In this document: positions 24,551 to 36,560 of the stretch, piece by piece
Numbering within the stretch: the stretch's first letter is position 1
Layout of the letters: each line of letters opens with the position of its first letter
Origin: Gnetum montanum
Taxonomy: Eukaryota; Plantae; Gnetophyta
DNA: 64,000 nucleotides
Assembly (NCBI GenBank): GCA_015680685.1
Contig: MNCI01000673.1
Coordinates: forward strand, 308,486 to 372,485
Reading direction: 5' to 3'
Program-made: the position numbers and the translations under genes
Notes under the pieces: model-generated
What the model saw: the letters and a program-made list of their open reading frames with translations, nothing else
The model's database searches: none
What the model was told of the DNA's origin: nothing

Positions 24551-25351
24551 TGAGGATTGTTAAACTTAGAAGGAGGGGGGTGGGGCGTGGGGGGAGCGGG
24601 TTGGGGAGAAGGGAGGGATGAATAAGTTCCCCAAATTAAAAACTCTTTGAAACAAAGCACACAAAAAAGTTAACATGGTTCCCTAGCTTGGGTAGTCCAT
24701 ACTCAAAGGGTAGTTTTGTAGCACACCTCTAGACTCTATTGCTCTCAAAATGTGATTTGAATGGTACCATACCTTGTACAAGCTCTAAGCTCTACTTTGG
24801 AGGGATTTGACATAATGAATCCACTCAATCCCATAAGGTCCCAAAATCCTTAGAATGTGGTTTCTAGAATCCAAAAACCTTTACAACTTGAGCTCTACTT
24901 TAGAGTGTTGTGGCACTACACCAACACTCAATCCTATAGGATCCCAACAAGCTCAAGCAAGATGACTTCTTGTAAGAAGTACATCAACATCATAGGAAAA
25001 CAAAAGAGAACAATAATTATAGGGAATGAATGCAACTAAGTTTGCTAATCCTTGTACTTTGAGGTATATCTCACTTTGACCAATTACAATAAACAAGAGA
25101 TAGTACGATGAGGAGCAATAATAAGAGAATGATGACAACAAGGATTACTTGATAATGACACTTAATACTATATAGTGCTTGCACATTTTCCAATGGAATG
25201 AAGTATTCTTATATCCAATATGTTTCTAAAATCACCTTATAATTCATGCAATATCTATGTAACAATCATTGGAGATGTCTTCTTTGAGGCAAAGACATCT
25301 TTCTACCTCAGACCTTCATTCGGGAGAGACATCTTCTCTACTGGAAAGAAC
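24551..25351 (-). repeat. 5' LTR of the Sirevirus-like element (truncated at 25351)
   Basis: C-rich tract before the terminal CA and PBS. Homologous to 20200-20700. Confidence 0.85.
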
Positions 25352-25399
25352 TTGTTTTATTGTTATGGCTACATGTTTTATTTTAATTTGTTATGTTTG

Positions 25400-28250
25400 T
25401 TATCCCTTGGTTGTGTATGATGTGCCTATTACAGAGATAATGGATTATTTTCATTATGTTGTAGGAGCTATGCCAACATCCATTATTGCCATGATCACTT
25501 CAAGGCAAGTAGAGGAGATACTTATCCTCAAGTTTGATGACGTAGATTCAGCACAACATGGGTTGGCTAGCCAATAAAAATCTAAGCAAGGATTTACAAT
25601 GCAGTTATGGCTCCTAGCCCAACCATACCTACCCTAGAGATGGTGAGTATCATCAGCTCCTTTGATAAAGGAGTCAAGAAATTCATCACCCATGTTCACA
25701 GTATGCTTGTTACTTTAACTGTTAATGAATCTACCTTTAGTACCTCTTTGGCATCCCTTGTGAGGACATGAAAGTTACCAAAAAAATAGAGAAAGAGGTG
25801 GGCCATAGGAAGGAGCTAGAAGAATGGGTAAACACTCATTGTGGCCATGCCATATTATCTTTAGACTAGTGCTAGGTTGTAGAGGCTAACAAGATGTACC
25901 CATTGTTTTAGTCCTAGGTGTCTTTCATGTTGTTATCATAGAAGAAGATCCTAGGCATTTGGTAGGCTTGTATCATGAAGAAGATTCTCATCAGGGATGC
26001 TTAGTTTAATTGGACTACTCAATTTGTTTCTAGACTATGGGATTAGATACTAAAACTTTGGAACAACCTTGAGAAGATATGTCATATGCACTTTGTATTT
26101 TTGTAGCATATCTAAGGAGGTTTGTGGAGTTCTTGGTGGTGAAGAAGGTTGGAAAATCGGTAATTCATGATCCATCCCAATTCTCTAAAGTTGGGGTAAA
26201 ACACATTATTCCAACCATGTAGGTTCAAAACCCATAATTGGAGGATGTTGGGGAGTTGATATTTGTTAGCACTAAGAAATTTAGTGGTATGAATTGTCCT
26301 TTCCTTGAAAACACAAGAGTTGAACCCAAAGTTATCTATGGAAATTCTAAAATGGCCAAGGAGTTACCTACTAAGGTTGATGATGCAACTAGAGCAAAGT
26401 TGAAGAGGCCTATGGTTGAGGAGACAACACTAGCTGTTGAGTAGCCTTTGAAGAAGAAGCTCATTATTAGACTTGACCAAGTGCATCATGCACTTTTAGG
26501 TACATTCTATTTGTGTTATTTTTATTTAAGTAATTTTTCATCTATGTTTTATATTATATGGTCATGTTATTGTTTTGTATTAGAAAAAATATGCTAACTT
26601 GTTTTAGGTTTTATCTTCACTATTCTTGTAGGTAAATAATAAGAATGGGTGGCCTAGGTAGTAGTAGTAGAGGTAGAAAAAAAAAATCTAGAGAAGGAGG
26701 CTCTACCATAACATGATGATGAAGGACTATCCAATGCTACATTGGGTTCTTTTGATGCTATATTTGACGATTCATAGTTTGGTAAACTTCTTGTTATCAT
26801 CCTAGATGAGACTTCAGGAACTTATGCACTTTGTCTTATGTGTTGTATCTTGTGGTTTCATGTTGGAATTTTATTTTAATCATTATTTGATGGTCATGCA
26901 TGTTCTGGCTCTTGAGCCTCATCAAGAGGCACCTGCCTTTACATTTTGAATCAAACCATGGGTGAAGGTTCTTGAAAAAAATGAATTCATATGTGGCATA
27001 ATCAAAGATATGATCAATCAGTTGCAATAGATTACTCCCATTGTTGGTAAGAGAGTTAGCTTATTTTATGTTTAATTTTTTTTATTTTTTATGAATTTTA
27101 TTTTATGTGGGTTTTACGGTTATATTTTCTTAGTAGTTTAAAGTGTTTTTGGTTATTTTTTATTCATTATTTTTTGTTTTTATGTATATTTTATTATATT
27201 ATCTATAGTGTCCAAGGTTCAATGAGATTCTAACTATGTCACTAAGATTGACAAACTATCCAACCTGGTACCCAAAGTGGAAAATGTTCCATGAAAGTTA
27301 TATGAGAGTGCCACTGAATGTACACTCTCATGTGCTAGAACTTTGTGGGAATACCAATTCTCTAATGAGTTCCTATGGTAGTGAGTTGTAGAATTTGAAA
27401 AGGAAAATAAAAAGTAGGTTAAGGAGATTAAAGACCTTAGGGATCATAAGGAGTTTTCGGAAGCCTAGGTGGCTAATAGAGATACCTTTTGAAGTAAGGG
27501 GATAGGATGATCATAGTATAGGGACACCATCCATAGCAAATTTGCTATTGCTAGGAGCCTTGCGGAGTAGAAGTTATAGATAGACCTATTGGTGTGCAAA
27601 GCTAGGAAGTGGAGGGACTATTATGCTTGGATCCTTGAGTGGGGAAGGGCACAAAAGGAAAACAAAAAGAAATATAATCCTGAGTGGGAGAGTTACTTAA
27701 AGTGGCTACATAAGAAGTCCACAAAGAGGTGCAAGTTGAAGATGTTTGTGAAGGAATTCAACACAAGGGATTCCTTCAAGTTTTTTGAAGGCTCTCTAGT
27801 GGGAGTTGTTTTCTTCACTTCTTAGGTTGCTACCACTTCCAGGGAGGTAGCCATCACTACATTTTCATGGGATCCACCCACATGGACTAACATTGAGAAT
27901 AGGAACATCTTGAAAAGTGTTAATATTTGGGAAGTGGATTGGGTGAATATGATTGAAGACTAGATTCTCCATTGTTTAGAGGCTAGTCTTTAGAACTTTC
28001 CTATAGAAGATGTTGCACCTGAACCTTCCTAGGCTTGCTTGTTTAAATTTTTAATTTAATAGATTTTAATTTAGTTTATATTATTTTTATTATTTTTATA
28101 TGTTTTAAGCTACATATGTTACTAATTAAATTTTTTGTTTTATCTTTTATTTCATTATTACAAGCTATGGGTGATGGCATTGGCCATAGTGGTGATAACA
28201 TTGATGATACTCCTCTTCCTACTCTAGTTGTACCCTAGTCCTACTAGTTT
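25400..28250 (+). pseudogene. Antisense multi-exon extra gene of Tat-2 (homolog of 2350-6030)
   Basis: EEWV...ANKMYPLF...ACIMKKIL..FNWTTQF versus Tat-1 EEWL...VNELYPLF...VCIMRTIL..YNWAQF. IDLLVCKARKW..WILEWG versus IDLLNLKCQDW..V.KWG. Introns at ~26500-26631 and 27047-27208. Confidence 0.75.
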
Positions 28251-31200
28251 GATCATGCCTTTGGCTATCCTTGTTGTTGAATTCATGATGTTATAGTTAT
28301 TACATTTCATTTTTATTAGTTATTTCTAGCTGTTGTTTGTTATGAGACTATTTATTATTTCTTATTTTAGTACTACATAGTGTAGTTGTGGCTATTAGAC
28401 TTCTATTTATTTTATATGTCATTTGAAATTTTGTCACACTGTGTGACTATGTCTGTGGTTTATGAACCCTTAGTTATTATTATTTTTTAATTTTTCTTAT
28501 ATGTTTTAGCATTTTTAGGTTTTTATGTATTTTATGTATGCTACGTTTTAGTCATGTTATGAGGCTACATTGGTTAAAACACATGTTTATAAGGCAATAA
28601 TCAGTAAATTAAAATGTAAACTAACTAGGTTAAAGAAATGTAAACTAAGATATAATGGCTATAATGGAAGTAATGTAGAAATAGGTTAAAAAGGTATTGC
28701 TAGTTTAAGGCCTTGGCAAGCCATGATTTTGCCACTTTTAGGCCTTAGTAGACCATCAAACATTATTTATAAGTTTTTTATATTTTTCTAATTTTTTAAT
28801 GGATTTTATGTTTTAAGATCTTTATGAAATTTTTTATTTTTTTCTAAAACAAAGTGTAAAAAGCCATACTATAAGTAATAGCAACCTATATACTATGTGC
28901 AAACAAAGCTAAAAACATGGCAAAACATGATTAAGTAAAATGATATATGAAAACATAGGTTTAAACAAGGCTAAAAACTAAAAGGATAAAGCCACATAAT
29001 TATTGTCATAAGATTGAGTGAGTAGGGAACATAATCAAGAAATTGTTTCATAATCTTAAAAAGATTAGGAAAAGTATAAGTTCTACATTGCATGATCTTG
29101 TACTTCCCATTTCTCTCACTTATCATGTTAAAAGGGAGTTCTTCCCATAAGGTATCTATGGTCTTCTTGTTCTTAGTTTTGGTCTAATTTACTTTCTTGG
29201 GCTCTTTGAATTTAGTTGTAATAGTAGGATTTTCTTCTTGAAGCTCCACTTTAGACCCTTCCTCTTTGTTCATGTTGAGGAAATAATAGTATTACAATAA
29301 GTAATGATCTCACCTCCTTGATAAGGCAGGTGAATTTCTTAATGGATTGGGGAGGAAACTACTCATAGTTGAGCTAGTCAGGGCCTCCCTTAGATGAGAT
29401 TAAATCTTGGTGACTCTTCCACTATCAAGAAATTGGTTGTTGTGGGGAATTGTTTCCCTGCTATGAGGTCTGAGGAGATTGAGCCTTTATCTACAACCCT
29501 TGATCTATTAAAGGATTGGAGAGTAGTTGTAGATGTATTTTTCATGTTCTCTACTAGACCTAGCCATTCAAAAATGGTGTAAGGTATGACATTGGTGGCC
29601 ATCCTATCCTCAATGTGTACCTTGTGAACCTTATACTGTCCAATTCTTATAGTTATGAAGAGAGGGGACTTCATTATCTCACCATCCTAGTGATTGGTTT
29701 TAACCTTGTTGTCATAGAATACTAGTGCCATTGACTAAATTTTTTCCCTAGGTGAAGGTAGTACCATCACAACGTGGATGGACTCTTCACAAGTAGGAAT
29801 GTTCTCAGTGATGGGAATTGAATTCAACATTTTTAGTAGGACACATGGTGAGAAGTAGAAGCCATTACTAGGTCATATAGGATTAAAGAGATATTCTTTT
29901 ATTTTAAAGACTATTTTACCTATTCCATGACATTGAGGAAGCCTTTGTCATTGGCTATCGGTTTCTCATTCTTGTTTATTTTAACTTTATCCATGCATCA
30001 TAGAATGCAAACTTCATGTTTTAGTTATTGTGGTTTGGCATATTTAACTAGTTGAAGTAGCTTGAGCATTGAAGCTCATAGGAATGGATGAAATATGAGT
30101 GGGCTTTGTTGGACACACATCCTTCCATGACTTAGCTTACTGGTTATCTTTGGTTTTAAGCTTTAGCACAAAGTTCTTGCATTGTTTAGTTGGTGATTTA
30201 TTATTGTTGTTGGGCTATTAAGAATTCCTTCTGGTTGGCCACCACAAGAGAGAATTATTCAATGTAGGTTGTAGGTTTGGTTGTGATGGAAGGAGGTATT
30301 CTAATGATGAATGGTTCTTTGGTAGGTGCGAATGATGATATCCTTATAATAAAGGAAGTCCTTGAACTAGATGAAGTTGAAGATTCATCTTTTTGTAAGG
30401 AGGTACTTGAATCACAAATGGGTCCATAGTAGGTATTGAGTTGCTACTTATGTGGACTGTGACTATCATGTATGGGCTATTGTTTGCATTAACTAGGTCT
30501 TTATAGACTTGCATAAACTATTTTTGTGGCCTAACTGGGTTGGAGATGTTAAGCACTAGCTCCTCATTGTCTATCATCCTCTATAGGTTATCCTTTAAGG
30601 TTAGGCAAAAGTTGGTATCATAACTAGGTAGTTGATGATAATGACAAAATTGATCAAGTTTAAAATATTTAGGTATAGGTGGTTCATCCTTGGTTACCAA
30701 AGTGGGGTTCTTTGTGATCTTGCATAATTGATTATGTCACTTGTAGGAATTCTCTATCATCTACTTATATTGTATTTGGCCACTTTTAGGAACTGGTTAA
30801 GGAGTTATGGTGGTTTTAGGGGCAATCTGGTATCCTTTGTCTGATCTTTTCTTTTAAGGTTAAGCCTTGCATTGTTTGATGTAGTGACAACCAATGTAGA
30901 TGGTTGGTTATTTGTGGTGATAGCCCTATGTTGGATCTTTTTTTGGGTCCTATGTGGTTTCATTATCTTTGGCTAGAGTGTCCACAACTACATGGTTTTT
31001 TTTCCCTTTCCTTTTCTTTTCTTATATGTTGATTCTTGTATGCTACATAGCTAAGATCATGGCTAGCCTCAATAGTATCTTCTATGTTCTTGGTTTGTGA
31101 GAAGGCCTGAGTAAGTGATCACTAGTATAGGTAATAAATTTTAGACTTGATGAAGTCATTAGCCACCCCCTTGAAGTTGGCTAGAAGCTAGATTTTGGCC

Positions 31201-33295
31201 ATAGGTTCAGGAATCTCATTTAGTAGAGCATTCCACCTTTGGATGAACTTCTAAACAAGTTTAAGGGATCCCTATTTGATTTTCATTGGTTGGTCTAGGG
31301 TGGTATCTGGTTTCACATTGTACTTGAAATGGTTCACAAATTATGAAATAAAGTATTCAAGCAAGGCTATAGAACCTTAGGGCAATGCATAGTACTAGAC
31401 TAAGGCCTTCTTTGCAAGAGACATCAGGAAGATTCTCATTATTGTGTGAGGCTAAGCCTTTAGCAATACGCACTCAGAGCAGAAGGTGATGAGGTGAGCA
31501 TTGGGATCACCCTCACCATTATACTTGATAAACTAGGATATGGAAATTCTTGGGAGAAGAGTTATTTATGGAAAAATTTGAATGATAGGATTGTCTTAAT
31601 AGAAATCCAAAATCTTAATTGTTTATGTAGTTGAAGATTTAAGCTTATGTAACTCTTCTGTAATGTCTTGGATTCTTTGGAAGGCTTGATCCAAGCCTTG
31701 AGGTATTTTGGTAAGTTATGGGGTTCAAATGAATGATTTTGAAGTAAGTTGAGAGACCTATGGCCTCATGATGGACTATGGCAAGGATGGAAGGGGTTGG
31801 GTTATCATGGTTGTAGGGGGGGTTGAATAGTGAAAATGATGTTGAAGTAGGTAGTTAAGGGACAAAAGGAGGTAGTGGGGTGTAAGGTGCCTTAGTTCCC
31901 TAGGGTCCCTTTAAGGAATCGACTAGAAGAGGGAATGGATATGCTATGATGAATACCATAGTGATGGCTATACAGATTGAGGCTATGTGGCCAAAGACAT
32001 GGAGGAGAAAAGGGAAGTTGATTGGAACATAGATTATGCCTAGTGGATTGCTATGATGGATGTTGGCCAAAACGTAGTAGGATAGGCTATAGGAGAGCAT
32101 AGTTGTGGGGCCTACGCCATGGATGATTTAGAAGATGTTGAACTAGGTGTAATGGTTTTGGATGCCAATTGCTGGAAAAGGCTCCCAATGAAATTATCGG
32201 GTTTGGGTTTGGCTTCGAAATCATCTTATTCCTTAGATTGGCTCTCCAAATTAGCCTCCTCAATTCATCCATCTCAATGAGTTGGGCTAGTATGCATGTG
32301 TGCATTTTGGTTAGTGGAATTTTATCATAAGGGAAAGAAATGTATTCTTTTCCATTCCTATTAATTAGCTCAAACTCATGCTTGGTCTCATATTCTGCAT
32401 ATGGGATGAGCAAGAAATCCTAGATCTTGGTACATATGAAGTTATAATAATTTTCATCTATGACAACAAATTTTGGAATTTTGCCCCTCCATTTGAGTAA
32501 TTTTCTATGCTTAGCCATAGCTAGATCTTTCGAATCATAAAGTCTCATAGCATCTTGATTGATGCCCATATTAGTTAAGTTGATAGGAAATATAGTTGAT
32601 TTATTAAAAGGCATTGGTAGGAGTTTAATTTGGTTTGAATTCAAAATTTTCAATAAGTAGATTTACCCAATGTGTAAATAATTGTGGCTATAAAAATGCT
32701 TGGAATTGCAACTACAAGTGTAGTCTAGTTTGTAGTGATAGTCGTATGCACTACACATAGCAAAATATGGCAATTTTAGTATAGGAAGAAATAACTATGT
32801 TGGAGGGTGGGCAATAAATGATTGATTTTCCTAGTAAAACTATGATGGGAATATTCCCCATTTGGAAAAGTACATTGGTTTCAAAAGGTAACAGTTCAAT
32901 GTTAACTTTTCCAAAGATACACTAGAATATTGGAAAGAACTATGTTGGCTTTCTTCCAAAATTTTATAGTAGGAAGTTGGGATATTGGGGAAAAAATATT
33001 CTAGTCTTTGGAACATCCAAAGGTAGGTCTCAGCAATAGAAAGTGGTAAGTTTTGCAAAAAACTACACTAGCTTTAGAAAGTCTAGCAACAATTATGAAA
33101 ATTTTGGAAGCATCTAGTGCACTTGTAATTGATATGTTGAGTATGAATTGTAGGAGAATGGGTGAAAAAATTGGATTCCTTAGTAGATTTGAATGGGATT
33201 TTCAAAGATTTAAATTTATGAAATTTGGCTTGAAAAAGGGAAAATTGGATCAGGTGAAGAACTTGGGTGGAAGCCCTCCTTCTACCACTAGAAAC

Positions 33296-34555
33296 TATTG
33301 CACCAAAAAAATTTGATGCTGGAAAACCAAAGATCCCTAGTCAATAGTTTAACCTTGGAATCCAAGAAATTCTAAGAAAAAGGATCCAAGGCATCCTAGA
33401 TGGTCTTGTTGATTACCTAGGGACTTAAGGAGTATAAATAATGTAATTAAATTATATGGAAATGCAAATCCTATCTAAGAAGAAGCACAAAAATTAATTG
33501 TAGAATATACTTGCACAAAAAATGAATTATAAGATTTATTGAAATGATAAAATATTGAAAGAATAGAGTTCAACTGTGTAAAAATCATGTGCTTAAAAGC
33601 ACAAGGAGTTCCATAGATGAAGCTCGAAATCTGTTGAAGTAGATAGGTGGTGTTCTGTGGTATTTATTGAAATGATAAAATATTGAAAGAATAGAGTTCA
33701 AATGTGCAAGAATCATGTGCTTAAATGAAAAAGAAGTTGCAAAAATGAAGCTTGAAGTCTATTGAAGTTGATAGGTTGTATTCCATGGTCAACCTCATGA
33801 TCTAGGTGCTTCCAAGCTTCAATTGCTAAAACTTCTTATTGGTTCTTAGGTTGGATCTACTACGTTGTTGTTATAAGTGGTTGATAACTGGTGGAATTTT
33901 GTTAACTTGCAATTGCATTAAGAGTCTCTAATTCTTAGTTAATTGGTAATTTTTCCAGAAATTCTTTGAAATCTATTCAAATTTTATTTAAATAGGTAAA
34001 TGGTGTATAATTTGTTACTACAAATTTTCTTCCATGATTACTGAAAAATTACTATAATTTGTAGGTATGGCAGGTCATCTATTCTATTGTAGTTTTCAAC
34101 TTATGCTATGTTTGATGCCCCAAGGTAATCAAAACTATGGTGAGTGTCATTAGCAAAACTATGCTAGCTTTGGAGAACCATGCTAGCTTCATGGAAACTT
34201 CATGGCCTTGTTGTGAAAATGAAAGCCTAATAATTCCTACATTGGTTATAGGTGGTTCCATCATAGTTTTAACCTTGATCAATATAAAACCCATGAAAAA
34301 TCAAAAATTGGCAACTCCCAAGGCATTTTAAGCCCTCCTAAGCATAGATATATACTTAATATAAATTTTTTTACTTAGAAAGTGAGGCAACAATAACTTA
34401 TGAAGCATTTTCAACCTCAAAAAGTCAAAGTATTTGAGATTGTAGTTCATGAACTACTAACCTCATATTTTACAATAGAATTCAACTACATTTTTTAATG
34501 GTGTAGGTTACTAGTTGTAACAAACATTTTCTTAGTGGTATTTTAGATTGTTTAG
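33296..34555 (-). repeat. 5' LTR of Tat-2, with an internal ~127-bp tandem duplication (33535-33790)
   Basis: Adjacent to the PBS. Its reverse complement matches the LTRs at 51030-51991 and 62495-63410 (atcaacaagac...ggatcctttt...ccagcatcaaat). The outer boundary is approximate. Confidence 0.75.
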
Positions 34556-34882
34556 AAGATATCAAACTGTATCATGATTGCTATGTTCCTCAATGACCAA
34601 TTTAAATTACACTAGTGGTGCACATCGATATATTCATTCTTAATCAAGGTATTTTCTCTTGTAATTAAATGTTATCAATCCTTGTCATAACATCTACTAA
34701 AATTGATATAATTTGGGTTGATTTCTAGTGATTCGATGATGACTTGTAATAAAAAATTAATAAAGTAATTGTTGTTATTGATAGGAATTGGAGAAATCGA
34801 TGCACTTCAATGTGATAAAACAATAAGAAAATAAAAATATAAGCTTTGAATTAGCTAAAATTGGAACAAATGGAGGTTTATC
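34555..34882 (-). repeat. Remnant Athila LTR homologous to 47680-48009
   Basis: About 330 bp of collinear similarity, with both copies ending in GGTTTATCA. Confidence 0.8.
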
Positions 34883-35239
34883 ATTGTCTCGTATTAGGCT
34901 TTGGCTAGTTCTTGGCCAACCAAGGCTATAAAATGCATAAATTTTTTAATATATCTAATCTCAAACCCTCATCACATAGCTAATTAATTGGCTAGTAAAA
35001 ATGGTTCAACTAAGTTTAATTAATAATACGAGGAATCACATTCACATTTATATCATTTTTCCAAAAGAAACCAAACTATACCACATTAGAGTTTAATGAT
35101 ATATATGTATGTTCAAGAGAAAAAAATAAACATTAACCTTTGAAACATCCATCATAATTATAGGTTTTTTCGAAACAAAATTTTAATTATTCATGTCTCC
35201 CACAATGGTTTCACAACCATATAAAAACAAATGAACATC

Positions 35240-36560
35240 AAGGTAAGGATTAATCATCCGATCCTCCCTCCATCTCCATGTCTTCTTCAAAATGAGAAGG
35301 CTATGACCCTTCATCATCATCCATAATTTGAGGGTGGACATGTTTTTGAATGTCCACCACCCTCTTATTCATGGTGATGAGGGTTGAACTAACCTTATCC
35401 AACATAGAAAAGATCTTCCTCTAGGTGCATTTGACCTCGTAAAGTTGGTTGTGGCTCTTCTTCCTAAATTCTTAAACTTCACTGGTCTTAGGTATCAATG
35501 AAGAGCTTGGATCATCTAATTCTTTAACAAATGAATCAAAGTTTATGTAGATCTTGAGAGAATGGGCAAAGTTATCTTTTGGGAGGACCATAAGGTGTAC
35601 ATTCCTGTCAATTTGACATTATGGCACCCCAGACTTTTAGAGAATGGCTACAATGAGGAAGGGAAAGAAAAGCTTCAATGAATCATCATTATAATGATAA
35701 ACCATATACTTGATTAGGAGGTAGACAAAGTTTTCTTCCTCCCAAAACTTTAAAGCCTTCATTACTTGAAGCATAGGATTCAAAACATATGTTGTATGTG
35801 TGAATGGTAGGACATTCATGATGATCATTATTACCATCACACGATGCTTTGGCTGAAGGGTTATGAAATGTAAACCCTAAGCTTACTACATCCTAGAGTT
35901 GGATTCACCAATAAATGGGTGAAAGAGATTGTACTTTTCTTTTATGTTGGACTTAAGCTTGAAAATATCATTCCCCCTAGCTAGTGATTTGAAGCACTTC
36001 TGAAGTGTTGTTGCTATTACCTTCACTCATGTTTTCCTCACTAAGGAAATCAAATAGTGCTCTAGAGGATCTATCTTCCTCAGGTGTGGCTTGAGATTTT
36101 GGTAGAATACTAAGAGCTCTTCCTATTAAAACTAGTTATTGGGGGTTGGATGAAGGCCCCACACCACATTATTTCTAGTTACTACTACATTGTAACATCT
36201 ATGTAGTCAAACTACTTGAACTAGTCAGCCTCATGATGCCAATGAGCATTTTTAGGTGTTCACTCTTGGGTGCCTATAATAAAATAAGAAAATTAAGCAT
36301 TCAAAATCTATATGTAATTTTTTTAGTAATTTCAATGCTTACCTTGGCCTATTGTTTTACAATGGAAGACATGACCATTTACACTAGGATGTGGAGGCTA
36401 TACAAATTAAAAAAAAATATCTTTCTATTCATACCCTTAAAATTGTGAGCGGTAAGTTATGCTTACCTTGGTGAGTGGAATAGTGATGGGTTTCATGTGG
36501 AGATCTGACTCTCATTTTTGCTCCTTAAGACTAAGAAGAACCACCTAGAATGGTTAGTAG
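35240..36560 (-). pseudogene. Decayed spliced extra ORF in the Athila 3' region
   Basis: Two 69-bp AAG|GTAAGC...TAG introns (36398-36466 and 36274-36342) flank a 55-bp exon. Downstream sequence is coding-like but carries many stops. Confidence 0.4.

Larger units (their letters stand above)
20200..25351 (-). mobile_element. Non-autonomous Sirevirus-like Ty1/copia element (no pol)
   Basis: Diverged LTR pair (20200-20700 aligns with 24855-25351), tRNA-iMet PBS, two PPTs (21075-21088 and 21415-21430), gag remnant and env-like ORF. Confidence 0.85.
25352..34555 (-). mobile_element. Second, older Tat-clade element (Tat-2): LTR, PBS, gag, protease, antisense gene; truncated before pol
   Basis: Gag KHEFELINRNGKEYISFPYD (32087-32413), capsid KYNGEGDPNAHL ~31510, protease VHIEDRMATNVIPY (29390-29674), and degenerate tRNA-Asn PBS at 33274-33290. 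Confidence 0.85.

Noticed and set aside
33299-34622. TGCACCA...TGGTGCA perfect inverted termini as the Tat-2 LTR ends
   Set aside because: 34555-34622 aligns with the Athila LTR at 47680-47745, and PBS spacing places the inner end at 33296, so the match is coincidental.
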